Shown here: positions 1-8,443 of the stretch, piece by piece | How positions within the stretch are numbered: position 1 is the first letter of the stretch | Layout of the letters: every line of letters starts with the position of its first letter | Assembly: GCA_963707125.1 (NCBI GenBank) | Contig: CAVPOU010000013.1 | Span: 64,007-128,006 of the forward strand | Direction: 5' to 3' | Length of the DNA: 64,000 nucleotides | DNA from: an uncultured delta proteobacterium | GTDB lineage: Bacteria; Desulfobacterota; DSM-4660; Desulfatiglandales; HGW-15 | Program-made: the position numbers and the translations under genes | The notes under the pieces: generated by a model | What the model was told of the DNA's origin: nothing | Database searches by the model: none | What the model saw: the letters and a program-made list of their open reading frames with translations, nothing else

Positions 1-600
1 GATGGACAGCGGGTGACACTCTCAGCCGATGAGCAGCATAAGGAAGAGATGATCACGAATATCGCCTTCCCGGGTCTTGGAGAGTTGGAGGCGATTCCCA
101 ACGGCGATACGGTTGCCTACACCGACCTGCTGGGCATCACGAAGACCGTGCGAGAAGCAGGGCGTTACGCGCTTCGCTGGCCGGGGTGGTCTTCCCTCAT
201 CCGTCCCCTGAAGAAGCTGGGTTTTCTCTCCGAGGAGCCCATTGATGTCGACGGGTGTCTCGTGAGCCCTCACCGGTTCATGGTCAAGCTCCTGGAGCCC
301 AGGCTTCAATACCTTGACGATGAAAAAGATCTCGTGGCCATGCTCAATGTCTTTGAGGGCGTCAAGAAGGGTCGAAAGGCATCCTGGGTCAGCAGTCTTC
401 TGATTGAGAGAGATCTGGAGACAGGTCTTCTGGCCATGAACATCAGTGTGGCAGGTCCTGCGAGCATTGTGGCTCAGATGCTGGGCCGGGGAGAAATCAC
501 AAAGAAGGGACTTCTGTCCCCTGCCGTCGATGTTCCCTATGAGCCTTTTATGACCGAGTTGGCACACCGAGGCATCGTGGTCAGGGAAGAGGTGTCTTGA
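1..600 (+). CDS. saccharopine dehydrogenase-family protein, C-terminal part (5' end outside the window)
   Basis: The frame is open from base 1. The 195 aa tail (..RWPGWSSLIRPLKKLGFLSEEPI.., ..AGPASIVAQMLGRGEI..) resembles the Sacchrp_dh C-terminal domain. Confidence 0.5.
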   Translation, partial: DGQRVTLSADEQHKEEMITNIAFPGLGELEAIPNGDTVAYTDLLGITKTVREAGRYALRWPGWSSLIRPLKKLGFLSEEPIDVDGCLVSPHRFMVKLLEPRLQYLDDEKDLVAMLNVFEGVKKGRKASWVSSLLIERDLETGLLAMNISVAGPASIVAQMLGRGEITKKGLLSPAVDVPYEPFMTELAHRGIVVREEVS

Positions 601-688
601 GAACAGGGGTTATCAGCAAGGGGAAACCCTTTTGCTTGCGGCTGGAAACGTCATGTTCATCAACCCATTTCAACAGGAGGAAAGAAAG

Positions 689-1483
689 ATGGTATGCAAA
701 GGTTTAAAAGCATTGTTGGCAGTCGTCTTGATGACGGGTCTCGCATCCACTGCGTACTCAGGAACCCTCGATGACATCGCCCAGCGGGGAGAGTTGCGTA
801 TTGCCTGCCAGACCCAGGGGCCCCCGTTCAGCTTTGTGGATAAGAACGGGAAGAGGGCTGGCAGTTCCATAGAGTTCTGCGAACTCATGGCAAAAGAGAT
901 GGGCGTCAAGGTGGCCTTCCAGGATTATGATTGGGACGGCCTCATTCCCGCGCTTCTTTCCAAGAAGGCAGACATTCTGGCGGCCGACATGACACCGACG
1001 TTGAAGAGGGCCATGAAAATCGGCTTCAGCACGCCTTTCATGTACACGGGCAGCGTTGTTTTTACAAAAGCGGACGGCCCGATCAAGAGCATGGCAGATT
1101 GCCGGAAACCGGGGCTCAAGATTGCCGTGCTCCTGGGCTCAACCGGTGAAACCGACGCCAAGAACGCTTTTCCCGGCGCTGAACTCAAGTCCTACAAGGG
1201 CGGTGGACCACTCCTGATTGACGCGGTGCTGAAAGGCCATGCGGATATCGGCGTCAATGACTCTTCAGCGGTGGTGGGTCAAATGGCGAACTTCCCTCCC
1301 AACAGCCTCAAAATCTTTCCTGATATGATTTCCAAGCTGCCCCTGGCCTTCGCGGTCCGTTACGACTCGATGGACTTGCTGGAGTGGATCAACCTTTTCT
1401 TTCTCCACATCAGCCTGGACGGCCGTCTGGACAAGAACATCAACTACTGGGTCAATACGCTGGACTGGAAAAAAGATCACTAA
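689..1483 (+). CDS. amino-acid ABC transporter substrate-binding protein (family 3 SBP)
   Basis: AGGAGG sits upstream of the ATG at 689. There is a signal peptide (ALLAVVLMTGLASTAYS), and motifs such as GELRIACQ..PPFSF and DYDWDGLIPALLSKKADI are typical of polar amino-acid SBPs. Confidence 0.8.
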   Translation: MVCKGLKALLAVVLMTGLASTAYSGTLDDIAQRGELRIACQTQGPPFSFVDKNGKRAGSSIEFCELMAKEMGVKVAFQDYDWDGLIPALLSKKADILAADMTPTLKRAMKIGFSTPFMYTGSVVFTKADGPIKSMADCRKPGLKIAVLLGSTGETDAKNAFPGAELKSYKGGGPLLIDAVLKGHADIGVNDSSAVVGQMANFPPNSLKIFPDMISKLPLAFAVRYDSMDLLEWINLFFLHISLDGRLDKNINYWVNTLDWKKDH

Positions 1484-1514
1484 AACAAAGGCGTTTGGAG
1501 TTGCCTCATCCAAG

Positions 1515-1553
1515 CCCCCTCCCCCCTCCCCATTGGAGAGGGAGTGAGGGGGC
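1515..1553. repeat. REP-C hairpin (C-rich arm / G-rich arm)
   Basis: The sequence ccccctcccccctcccc-attg-gagagggagtgaggggg lies just after the SBP stop. Related copies occur at 20155-20197 and 35210-35266. Confidence 0.6.
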
Positions 1554-1598
1554 GGATGTGAGCCGGCCGCAAGCTACCCATTCCCTTAGGCACACGGC

Positions 1599-2267
1599 AT
1601 GCTTGAAACCTTCAACTTCCGAGTCATTCTCGAGTACATGCCCCTGTACTGGAAGTGTTTGCTGGCCACCCTCTGGCTTTCCGGAGCCGGTCTTCTCGGG
1701 GCGCTGGTCGTGGGGGTGGTAGCGTGTGCCATGCGCATCAGCCGTTCGAAGCTTGTTTCAACGGGGGCCGGCATATACATCGAGAGTATTCGTTCGACGC
1801 CCCTTCTGGCGCAACTTTATTTCTTCTACTTTGGCCTACCCTCTCTAGGGATCCCGATGAGTGAAGAATCGACGGGCGTTCTGGCGCTCACCCTAAACAG
1901 TGGGGCCTACATGGCTGAGATCCTCAGGGCGGGTGTGCAGTCGATATCCTACGGACAGATCGAAGCAGCCATGTCTTCCGGCTTGAGCTATCTTCAACGA
2001 ATGCGTCACATCGTTCTTCCTCAGGCCATCGGCGTGACTCTTCCGCCCATGTTGGGTCAGTCCATTGTCCTGTTCAAGGACTCCGCGCTCCTGTCTCTTA
2101 TTTCGATCATGGAGCTGACCCGTGCAGGACAGATCATGACCTCAGAGCGTTTCATGCCCGCCGAAGGTTTTCTGACGACGGCGGTCTTTTACCTGCTCAT
2201 CTATTATATGTTGAAAGGGATTTCTGGGTGGACTCAGAAGCGGCTCATTTTCCGCGAGGCGCGCTGA
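1599..2267 (+). CDS. amino-acid ABC transporter permease (His/Glu/Gln/Arg family)
   Basis: Polytopic membrane protein with the EAA-loop region (QIEAAMSSGLSYLQRMRHIVLPQA). Confidence 0.85.
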   Translation: MLETFNFRVILEYMPLYWKCLLATLWLSGAGLLGALVVGVVACAMRISRSKLVSTGAGIYIESIRSTPLLAQLYFFYFGLPSLGIPMSEESTGVLALTLNSGAYMAEILRAGVQSISYGQIEAAMSSGLSYLQRMRHIVLPQAIGVTLPPMLGQSIVLFKDSALLSLISIMELTRAGQIMTSERFMPAEGFLTTAVFYLLIYYMLKGISGWTQKRLIFREAR

Positions 2268-2284
2268 GAACTGGACAGAAGAAC

Positions 2285-2953
2285 ATGTTCACGATCCATT
2301 TCACGCAACTGATGCAAACCTTGCCCTTTTTCCTCAAGGGGCTCTGGGGAACGATTGCGATTTCCGGCCTGAGCCTTTTGGCGGGAACCCTGGTAGGGCT
2401 TATCTGGGGAATCATCCGCGCCAGTCATTACAAAACCTTGCGAAGGGTCATCGGTGCATGGGTGGACCTCATTCGCGGGACGCCTTTCCTGGTCCAGATC
2501 TTCATCGCCTTCTTCATCCTGCCCGAGGTGGGCATCCAGCTCGAAGCCTTTCCTGCCGCGGTGATCGCCCTGAGCAATCTTTCCGCGTGCTTCATCTGTG
2601 AAATCATTGCAGGAGGCATCCTGGCCATTCCCTCCGGACAGAGGGAAGCAGCCACCGCATCAGGCCTCTCGGGCTACCAGCAGTTGCGGTACGTCATTCT
2701 TCCCCAGGCCCTGAGAGTGATCTTGCCTCCCCTGGTGGGACAGTATGTGCTCTTGATCAAGGATTCGTCCGTGGTGTCGGCTATAGGCGTCATGGACGTC
2801 ACCCGGGTCGGGTGGCTGACCGTTCAACGCGTTCCCGAAGGCTTGCTGGTTTTCGGCCTTGTGGGAGTTCTTTATTTTGTGATTTGTTATCCCTTGATTC
2901 AGTTGTCGAACAGCCTTGAAAAACGGCTGACCGTGGTGACGACCCGGCTTTAG
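2285..2953 (+). CDS. amino-acid ABC transporter permease, second subunit
   Basis: EAA loop present (QREAATASGLSGYQQLRYVILPQAL). I chose the start at MFTIHF, after the upstream gene's stop. Confidence 0.85.
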   Translation: MFTIHFTQLMQTLPFFLKGLWGTIAISGLSLLAGTLVGLIWGIIRASHYKTLRRVIGAWVDLIRGTPFLVQIFIAFFILPEVGIQLEAFPAAVIALSNLSACFICEIIAGGILAIPSGQREAATASGLSGYQQLRYVILPQALRVILPPLVGQYVLLIKDSSVVSAIGVMDVTRVGWLTVQRVPEGLLVFGLVGVLYFVICYPLIQLSNSLEKRLTVVTTRL

Positions 2954-2984
2954 AACCTTAGACCCCTATGCGGTGACTTGTCTG

Positions 2985-3150
2985 CTATTTGCGAAGAAGT
3001 TCAAAAGCGAACCCTGGTCGCCTTCGGCGCCGCCAGAGGCGGGTAAACCGCAGAATTTCGAATAACGAATAAAGAACGCCGAAGGAGAAGATAGAAGAAA
3101 TTAAACTTCATCATTCGAAATTCGGTGTTCGACATTCGATATTCATTCAG
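2985..3150. repeat. REP-A element (cgaata/ttcgaa-rich palindromic MITE-like repeat), copy 1
   Basis: It shares gcgaagaagttca(a/g)aagcgaacc ... attcgaaattc..gttcgacattcgatattcattcag with copy 2 at 5386-5515, and carries an extra ~35 nt internal insert. It sits inside the ABC operon, between the permease and ATPase genes. Confidence 0.8.
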
Positions 3151-3231
3151 TCCATTGGCTTCGATAAATGAATTATTTGCGGCCAAAGGCCCGTAGGGGG
3201 GAGGGGAGAAAGCCCATCGTGTGAGGTCGAT

Positions 3232-3966
3232 ATGAACATGATTACCTTTTCAAAAGTCAACAAGTGGTTCGGGGACCTCCACGTCCTGAAAGACGTGAGC
3301 CTCACCGTCGACGCCGGAGAGGTGGTCGTCATCTGCGGGCCGAGCGGTTCCGGCAAGAGCACATTGATCCGTTGCATCAACCGGCTGGAGGAAATCCAGA
3401 AGGGTGAAATCATCGTGGACAACATGAAGGTCCACGAGAAAAAGACCAACATGACGGACCTGAGGGCTGAAATCGGCTTTGTCTTCCAGTCCTTCAACCT
3501 TTATCCGCACATGACCGCTCTGGAGAACGTGATCCTGGCTCCCATGAAGGTGCGCAAGATGCCTAAGGCGGAAGCGGAAAAACTCGGCATGCAAATCCTT
3601 GACCGCGTTGGGCTGGCCAACAAGGCGAACGCCCATCCGGCCCAGCTCTCCGGCGGGCAGCAGCAGCGCGTGGCCATTGCCAGGGGTCTATGCATGCGTC
3701 CCAAGATCATGCTCTTTGATGAACCGACCTCTGCTCTGGACCCGGAGATGATCAATGAGGTTCTGGACGTCATGCGCGTGCTGGCCAGGGAAGGGATGAC
3801 CATGATTGTGGTTAGCCACGAGATGGGTTTTGCCCGGGAGGTGGCCCACCGGGTCGCGTTCATGGATGATGGAGCGATCATCGAAGTGGCGCCGCCCGAA
3901 GAGTTCTTCCATCATCCCAAGAGCGAACGGTCCAAGGCGTTTCTAAGCAAGATTCTTTCCCACTAG
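3232..3966 (+). CDS. amino-acid ABC transporter ATP-binding protein (GlnQ-like)
   Basis: Walker A (GPSGSGKST), ABC signature ([13 protein letters not shown]) and Walker B ([11 protein letters not shown]) are all present. Confidence 0.9.
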   Translation: MNMITFSKVNKWFGDLHVLKDVSLTVDAGEVVVICGPSGSGKSTLIRCINRLEEIQKGEIIVDNMKVHEKKTNMTDLRAEIGFVFQSFNLYPHMTALENVILAPMKVRKMPKAEAEKLGMQILDRVGLANKANAHPAQLSGGQQQRVAIARGLCMRPKIMLFDEPTSALDPEMINEVLDVMRVLAREGMTMIVVSHEMGFAREVAHRVAFMDDGAIIEVAPPEEFFHHPKSERSKAFLSKILSH

Positions 3967-4071
3967 CTCAGAAGAAAGGACTGAGCAATGAGTAATGAGG
4001 ACTGAGTGGAGGTCCAAAGACAATTATTTCTTCATCTTTCTCAGTCCTCATGACCCATTACTTTCCCTGGT

Positions 4072-5100
4072 TCACCGAAAGAGAGGAGCGAACTCGTTCG
4101 CCTTGGCAAGAAGGCCGAAGATGCCTCCGGTGTGAAGGAAAACAATGCGCTCACCAAAGGTCTTTGGATTTTGGCGGAGCTCCTGCATCATCCCGAAAAA
4201 GGCTTTGCCCGTATAGACCGGATCAAGAAAGATGCCTTCGGTTGAGGTCAGTTCCATGAGAAGGGAGAGCTCTTCCGGTCTTGACTGCGCATAGCCCAGC
4301 CCCACATAGCCATCTATGATCTCAATGTCCAACTGCCTCGAAAAGGAGATGTTGAGGCGGTACCTGGAGATGGTATCCTCGCATATTGCACCGATCACTT
4401 TGACGAAGTACTCCCGGTCGTCGCAAACATTGATCCCCACTATTCTCGCATTCAAGTCCAGGAGCCTTGTGCCTAGGATCAGCCCGGCCGTGGTGCCTCC
4501 GGAGCCCGTGGCGTGGATGACCGTCGTTCGTTGGCCGGTGCCGCCAGGGAGCTTTTCCAGGTCCTGCTTCAGTTCGGCCGCGGCGTAGATGTAGCCCCAG
4601 GCACCGAGGGCATTGGAGGCGCCCTCGGGGATCACATAAGGTTTCAAGCCTGAGCGGCGAAGAGCGTCTGCCTCACGAGCAAAGATCTGATCCCGCCTTT
4701 TGTATTCATCCGCTGTAATCCACACGATCTCACTTCCTGCCAGCCGATCAAGGAGGAGGTTGCCTTCTGGGGCCGGTGGGTTGGATGGATCAGGGGTTCT
4801 CAGGATGAGGCGACAGCGGAGCCCAAGCCGCGCGGCTGCAATGGCGGTGGCCCGGCTGTGATTGGATTGTGCGCCGCCACAGGTGAGCACAATATCCGCC
4901 CCCTGATGAACGGCATCAGCGAGCACGAATTCCAGTTTGCGCACCTTGTTCCCCGTGAGTTCCACGCCGGTGAGGTCGTCCCGTTTGACGTAGAGATCGA
5001 CTCCGAGTCTCTCGCTCAGTCTGTTCAGTCGCTCCAGAGGAGTGGGGATGCGTGCCAAAGGGACACGGGGTGGATAGGGAATGTTTGTGGCTTTGAGCAT
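4072..5100 (-). CDS. PLP-dependent D-cysteine desulfhydrase / ACC deaminase-family enzyme
   Basis: Motifs RDDLTG.ELTGNKVRKLEF (PLP-lysine motif), GGAQSNH and ATGSGGTTAG are present. The start is taken at MLKATN; the track's 5118 start is a TTG. Confidence 0.8.
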   Translation of the reverse strand: MLKATNIPYPPRVPLARIPTPLERLNRLSERLGVDLYVKRDDLTGVELTGNKVRKLEFVLADAVHQGADIVLTCGGAQSNHSRATAIAAARLGLRCRLILRTPDPSNPPAPEGNLLLDRLAGSEIVWITADEYKRRDQIFAREADALRRSGLKPYVIPEGASNALGAWGYIYAAAELKQDLEKLPGGTGQRTTVIHATGSGGTTAGLILGTRLLDLNARIVGINVCDDREYFVKVIGAICEDTISRYRLNISFSRQLDIEIIDGYVGLGYAQSRPEELSLLMELTSTEGIFLDPVYTGKAFFGMMQELRQNPKTFGERIVFLHTGGIFGLLAKANEFAPLFR

Positions 5101-5385
5101 GATGACAGAACCTCGCAATAAAAGATTTTGTAACTACTCAGGTAGATAGACTGAAGGAAAAGACATGCGAGATCACACAAAGCCAAGATCGTTTGGATAC
5201 GTTGGCAGGTGAGTGTGTCATGGATGATCATTATTGCCCTTCAGTCTTCAGCCTTCAGCCTAAACACCTGAGCAGTTAAGAGATTTTTTGATATAGCATC
5301 CTATCGAAAAATCGAATAAGAATAAAGGATCTTGAAGCCCGCTTTGTCTGGCTACCCATCGGCATTCTAATCTGGGACTTCTCTA

Positions 5386-5515
5386 CTCTTTGCGAAGAAG
5401 TTCAGAAGCGAACCGCAGAATGTCGAATAATGAATAAAGAAGGCCGAAGGAGACAATGGAAGTCATTAAACTTCGTCATTCGAAATTCCTTGTTCGACAT
5501 TCGATATTCATTCAG
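5386..5515. repeat. REP-A element, copy 2
   Basis: Near-identical ends to 2985-3150. It overlaps the artificial N-terminal extension of the track ORF that starts at 5430. Confidence 0.8.
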
Positions 5516-5600
5516 TGCAAAAGATACCAATGGCCCACTGATACAGGTTGGTTTTGGTCAAGGGCCTGCGTTGGGGAGATTGCAGGGAGGATTGCCATCC

Positions 5601-6869
5601 ATGTTTCTTGGCCCTGATGATGTGAACATGGTTCTTGATGAGGGTATCTACGAGAAGATCTCGGCTCTTCCGGCCTATGAAGAAGCCGATGAGGTCATGA
5701 TTCATTACACGGTGACCCAGGAATGCCCGTTTAACTGCAGGGGGTGCATCAATGCGCTCACGGCGGGCAAAGGGAACAGCGGCCGCTCGGACTTCTTCCC
5801 TGACGCAAGCAAGGGTCAGAATCTTGAAAGAGACCTCCTAGGGATTGCCGGGTTGATCAAGAACAGCGGCAAGAAGAGAGCGGTGATTGTCTATTACGGG
5901 GGTGAGCCCATGCTCCGGCTCGACCCTATGAACCATCTCTACCGGACGCTGCCCGGAATCCTGGGAGACTCCACGTCCCTCAAGCACATGGTCATCACAA
6001 GCGGGCACTTTCTGGAAAAAGCGATCAAGAAGAGCCCTGAGCTGGTCTCCAGCATGTGGCTCACGGCCCTTTCGATTGACGGAAATGAAGAGCAGCATGA
6101 TGCCATGCGCAGGGGGACGTCTCTCAGCAAAATCAGGCGCCAGGTGAAAGCCTTGAATCATGTGCGGCAGGGTGAAGTGCTCATCTGGGCGACCCTGCGA
6201 CCTGAGATGTCTCTGTGGGATTGTTTCGACTCCTTCATGTATTTTCGGAAACGCGCGGAGGCGGAGCACTTTTTCTGGCACTGCGATGAAGGCGACGGAA
6301 TGATTCCTGATTTGCCAGGATACCTGGAGAGATATCGCCGGGATCTGGAGAGAATCATGGAAAGCTATGTCGAGCACATGAGCCGGGGGGATCTCCTGTC
6401 GCTCATCCACGTGAACGATCTCCTCCTTTATCTGTTCACTCGAAAGAGGCGAGGAACCACAGCCTGCGCAGTCGAAAGAATGGAGAATTTCGACATCATC
6501 GGCGATGGAAAAGTTCACGCCTGTGCGGACCTGCCTGAAGCCATGAGCATCGGACGCATACTGGAATCGGGTGAGATTGTCTTTGAAGCGGATGCGAGGG
6601 AAAGACTGGGGAAAATCGTGAGCTACAAAACAGACCTTGGGTGCAGCACCTGCGGGGTTGAGCCTTACTGCGGGGGAAGGTGCCCTGTGCAGGCCAACAC
6701 AGGCGGTATAGGACGGGCGCGGCAGTACTGCTTCATGATGCGGGAATACGTGAAGACGGTCAAAACGCATGCGGGTCAAATCGCGAACCTCATGGTTGAA
6801 AAGGGGATTACTCCTGGAGATCTCTACCGCTCCGCCCACCTCACGAAGTTCGCCGATGTGACGCCGTAA
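5601..6869 (+). CDS. radical SAM enzyme with a full SPASM domain
   Basis: The CX3CX2C motif is CPFNCRGC. YGGEPML follows. The SPASM cysteines read CAVERMENFDIIGDGKVHAC ... CSTCGVEPYCGGRC ... QYC. GGGAGGA lies upstream of the ATG at 5601. Confidence 0.8.
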   Translation: MFLGPDDVNMVLDEGIYEKISALPAYEEADEVMIHYTVTQECPFNCRGCINALTAGKGNSGRSDFFPDASKGQNLERDLLGIAGLIKNSGKKRAVIVYYGGEPMLRLDPMNHLYRTLPGILGDSTSLKHMVITSGHFLEKAIKKSPELVSSMWLTALSIDGNEEQHDAMRRGTSLSKIRRQVKALNHVRQGEVLIWATLRPEMSLWDCFDSFMYFRKRAEAEHFFWHCDEGDGMIPDLPGYLERYRRDLERIMESYVEHMSRGDLLSLIHVNDLLLYLFTRKRRGTTACAVERMENFDIIGDGKVHACADLPEAMSIGRILESGEIVFEADARERLGKIVSYKTDLGCSTCGVEPYCGGRCPVQANTGGIGRARQYCFMMREYVKTVKTHAGQIANLMVEKGITPGDLYRSAHLTKFADVTP

Positions 6870-6880
6870 AAGGAACAGAA

Positions 6881-6985
6881 ATCCCCCTTTATCCCCCTTT
6901 ACGAAAGGGGGATAGTTTCTTCTCTAAGGGAAGCCGTGGATCAGGAATCTCCCCTTTGATAAAAGGGGAGGCAGAGGGGATTTTT
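6881..6985. repeat. REP-G hairpins (ccccttt-N-aaagggg type), probably also the terminator of the rSAM gene
   Basis: A perfect hairpin atcccccttt-acg-aaagggggat lies at 6891-6913, and a second hairpin tcccctttgataaaagggga follows. A related element is at 13930-14056. Confidence 0.6.
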
Positions 6986-7014
6986 CCGCGAACTGCAAAA
7001 GGTCTTCCAAAATC

Positions 7015-8169
7015 ATGGAGAAAAATAAGAACCTTCTCATCATTGGAGCATGTGGCGGTGTCGGGAGAGCCTTTCTCCTCAGGCTCGCCAGGGACCGGGG
7101 ACGGTTGGGAAAGCTCGTGCTTGTTGATAAGCAAGATCCGCTGCTTGATGACCGAATTCTTTCTCACCAGGAACTGAACTGTGAATTCCTGAAAGCGACC
7201 ATTGATGTGGACGAGCGGCAGGATGATTATCTTCGTCTGCTGAAGACCCGCTGCATCGACATCGTGATCGACCTGAGCGTCAATGAAACAAGGGCCATGC
7301 TCGCGGTAACAGACAGGGCAGGGGTCAGCACCATCAACACAGGGGTGGCGAACAGGCCGGGGGAGAACTTTTCCGAGGTCGTTCTTGACCTTGTCAAGCG
7401 CAAGACCTCTTCATGGAACGCGCCTCACATCCTCTGCAGCGGAATGAACCCCGGGATCGTCAACATGTGGGTCAGAAGGGGCATTGAAAAATCCGGGGTG
7501 CCGCAGAGCATTGTTCACTTCGAATATGACACAGGCCAGCCGGTGGACGGAGGGGCGCCGATCATTGCCTGGAGCCGGGAGACCTTCCTGGATGAAATCG
7601 TCAATGACCCTGCGGGATACGTGGAGGGACGGGACAAAATCACATTGGTCCAGCCCAATCCTCTCAAGAACCGGATTTCCATGGAGGAGGTCCTTCGCCC
7701 GATCATGAATCTTTCAGTTTATCCGAGAGGCTTCCTTCTCCTCCACGAGGAAAACATTACCCTGGGCCAGCAGTACGATGTGCCGTCTCGCTTTCTCTTC
7801 TCTCTTGACATGAGAACCATGGATTACCTTGAAGAGGTCTACGACAAAAATAGCGAGGTCCCTCCGGGCACTCTGGCCCTCGGAGACAACAGGAAGGTCC
7901 TGCTAAAGGGAGAGGCAACCGTGGGGGTCTGCCTCGAATATGAAAGCACAAGGGAGTACTTCTTCAACACGACAGCGCAGGGGGCTATCCCGGGGGTGAG
8001 CGGGAGTTGCCGGCAGGTTGCGGCCGGGCTTCATGCCGCTCTGTGGACAGTGATTAGGGACCCTTTGGCAAAACGTGTGTACTTCGTCGAAGACCTGCTG
8101 GGAACAACGTGCGAGCGACTAATCATGGCCAACCTTCCCATGCAGCATGTCGTGATTCCGAAAAAATAA
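7015..8169 (+). CDS. NAD(P)-binding saccharopine dehydrogenase / homospermidine synthase-like protein
   Basis: N-terminal Rossmann motif LLIIGACGGVGRAF. The length and layout resemble the Sacchrp_dh family, but substrate specificity is unknown. Confidence 0.55.
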   Translation: MEKNKNLLIIGACGGVGRAFLLRLARDRGRLGKLVLVDKQDPLLDDRILSHQELNCEFLKATIDVDERQDDYLRLLKTRCIDIVIDLSVNETRAMLAVTDRAGVSTINTGVANRPGENFSEVVLDLVKRKTSSWNAPHILCSGMNPGIVNMWVRRGIEKSGVPQSIVHFEYDTGQPVDGGAPIIAWSRETFLDEIVNDPAGYVEGRDKITLVQPNPLKNRISMEEVLRPIMNLSVYPRGFLLLHEENITLGQQYDVPSRFLFSLDMRTMDYLEEVYDKNSEVPPGTLALGDNRKVLLKGEATVGVCLEYESTREYFFNTTAQGAIPGVSGSCRQVAAGLHAALWTVIRDPLAKRVYFVEDLLGTTCERLIMANLPMQHVVIPKK

Positions 8170-8192
8170 ATCTTCCCCCACCGTAGGCCTTT

Positions 8193-8309
8193 CACCGCGG
8201 AGCACGCGGAGCTCGCAGAGACATTAAAGTGGGTTAAAGACGCTGGAAGGAAAAGTTTTGAGGTCTTTCACAAACGGATCCTCTCTGCGTTCTTTGCGCT
8301 CTCTGCGGT
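8193..8309. repeat. REP-B palindromic unit 1
   Basis: The ends caccgcggagcacgcggagctcgcagag ... ctctgcgttctttgcgctctctgcggt are inverted complements of each other. Confidence 0.75.
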
Positions 8310-8318
8310 AAGGCTATC

Positions 8319-8435
8319 CACCGCAGAGCACGCCGAGATCGCCGAGAGGTTGCGGGGGGTTAAATGGGGTTTGGGAAAGGGTTTTGAAGTTTGTTAAACC
8401 CGAATTCCCTCTGCGTTCTTTGCGCTCTCTGCGGT
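8319..8435. repeat. REP-B palindromic unit 2 (tandem with unit 1)
   Basis: Same architecture as unit 1: caccgcagagcacgccgagatcgccgagag ... ctctgcgttctttgcgctctctgcggt. Confidence 0.75.
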
Positions 8436-8443
8436 GAAATGGT

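Noticed and set aside
5430-5600. The track ORF for the radical SAM gene starts at 5430 with 57 extra N-terminal residues (MNKEGRRRQWKSLNFVIRNSLFDIRYSF...).
   Set aside because: This part is the REP-A repeat, and the same sequence occurs non-coding at 2985-3150. A proper GGGAGGA RBS precedes the ATG at 5601, which I use as the start.
5456-5623. A 55 aa ORF (MEVIKLRHSKFLVRHSIFIQCKRYQW...) with an AAGGAGA RBS just upstream of the rSAM/SPASM gene, considered as a possible RiPP precursor.
   Set aside because: It lies almost entirely inside REP-A. The other REP-A copy has ATA instead of ATG at the same position, and the ORF overlaps the rSAM start out of frame. It is most likely a repeat artefact.
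8193-8435. Tandem ~117 nt repeats, and the short repeats at 63150-63290, considered as possible CRISPR arrays.
   Set aside because: There are only two units and no unique spacers. The units are long internal palindromes (MITE/REP-like), no cas genes are present, and the 63150 motifs are degenerate 7-9-mers.
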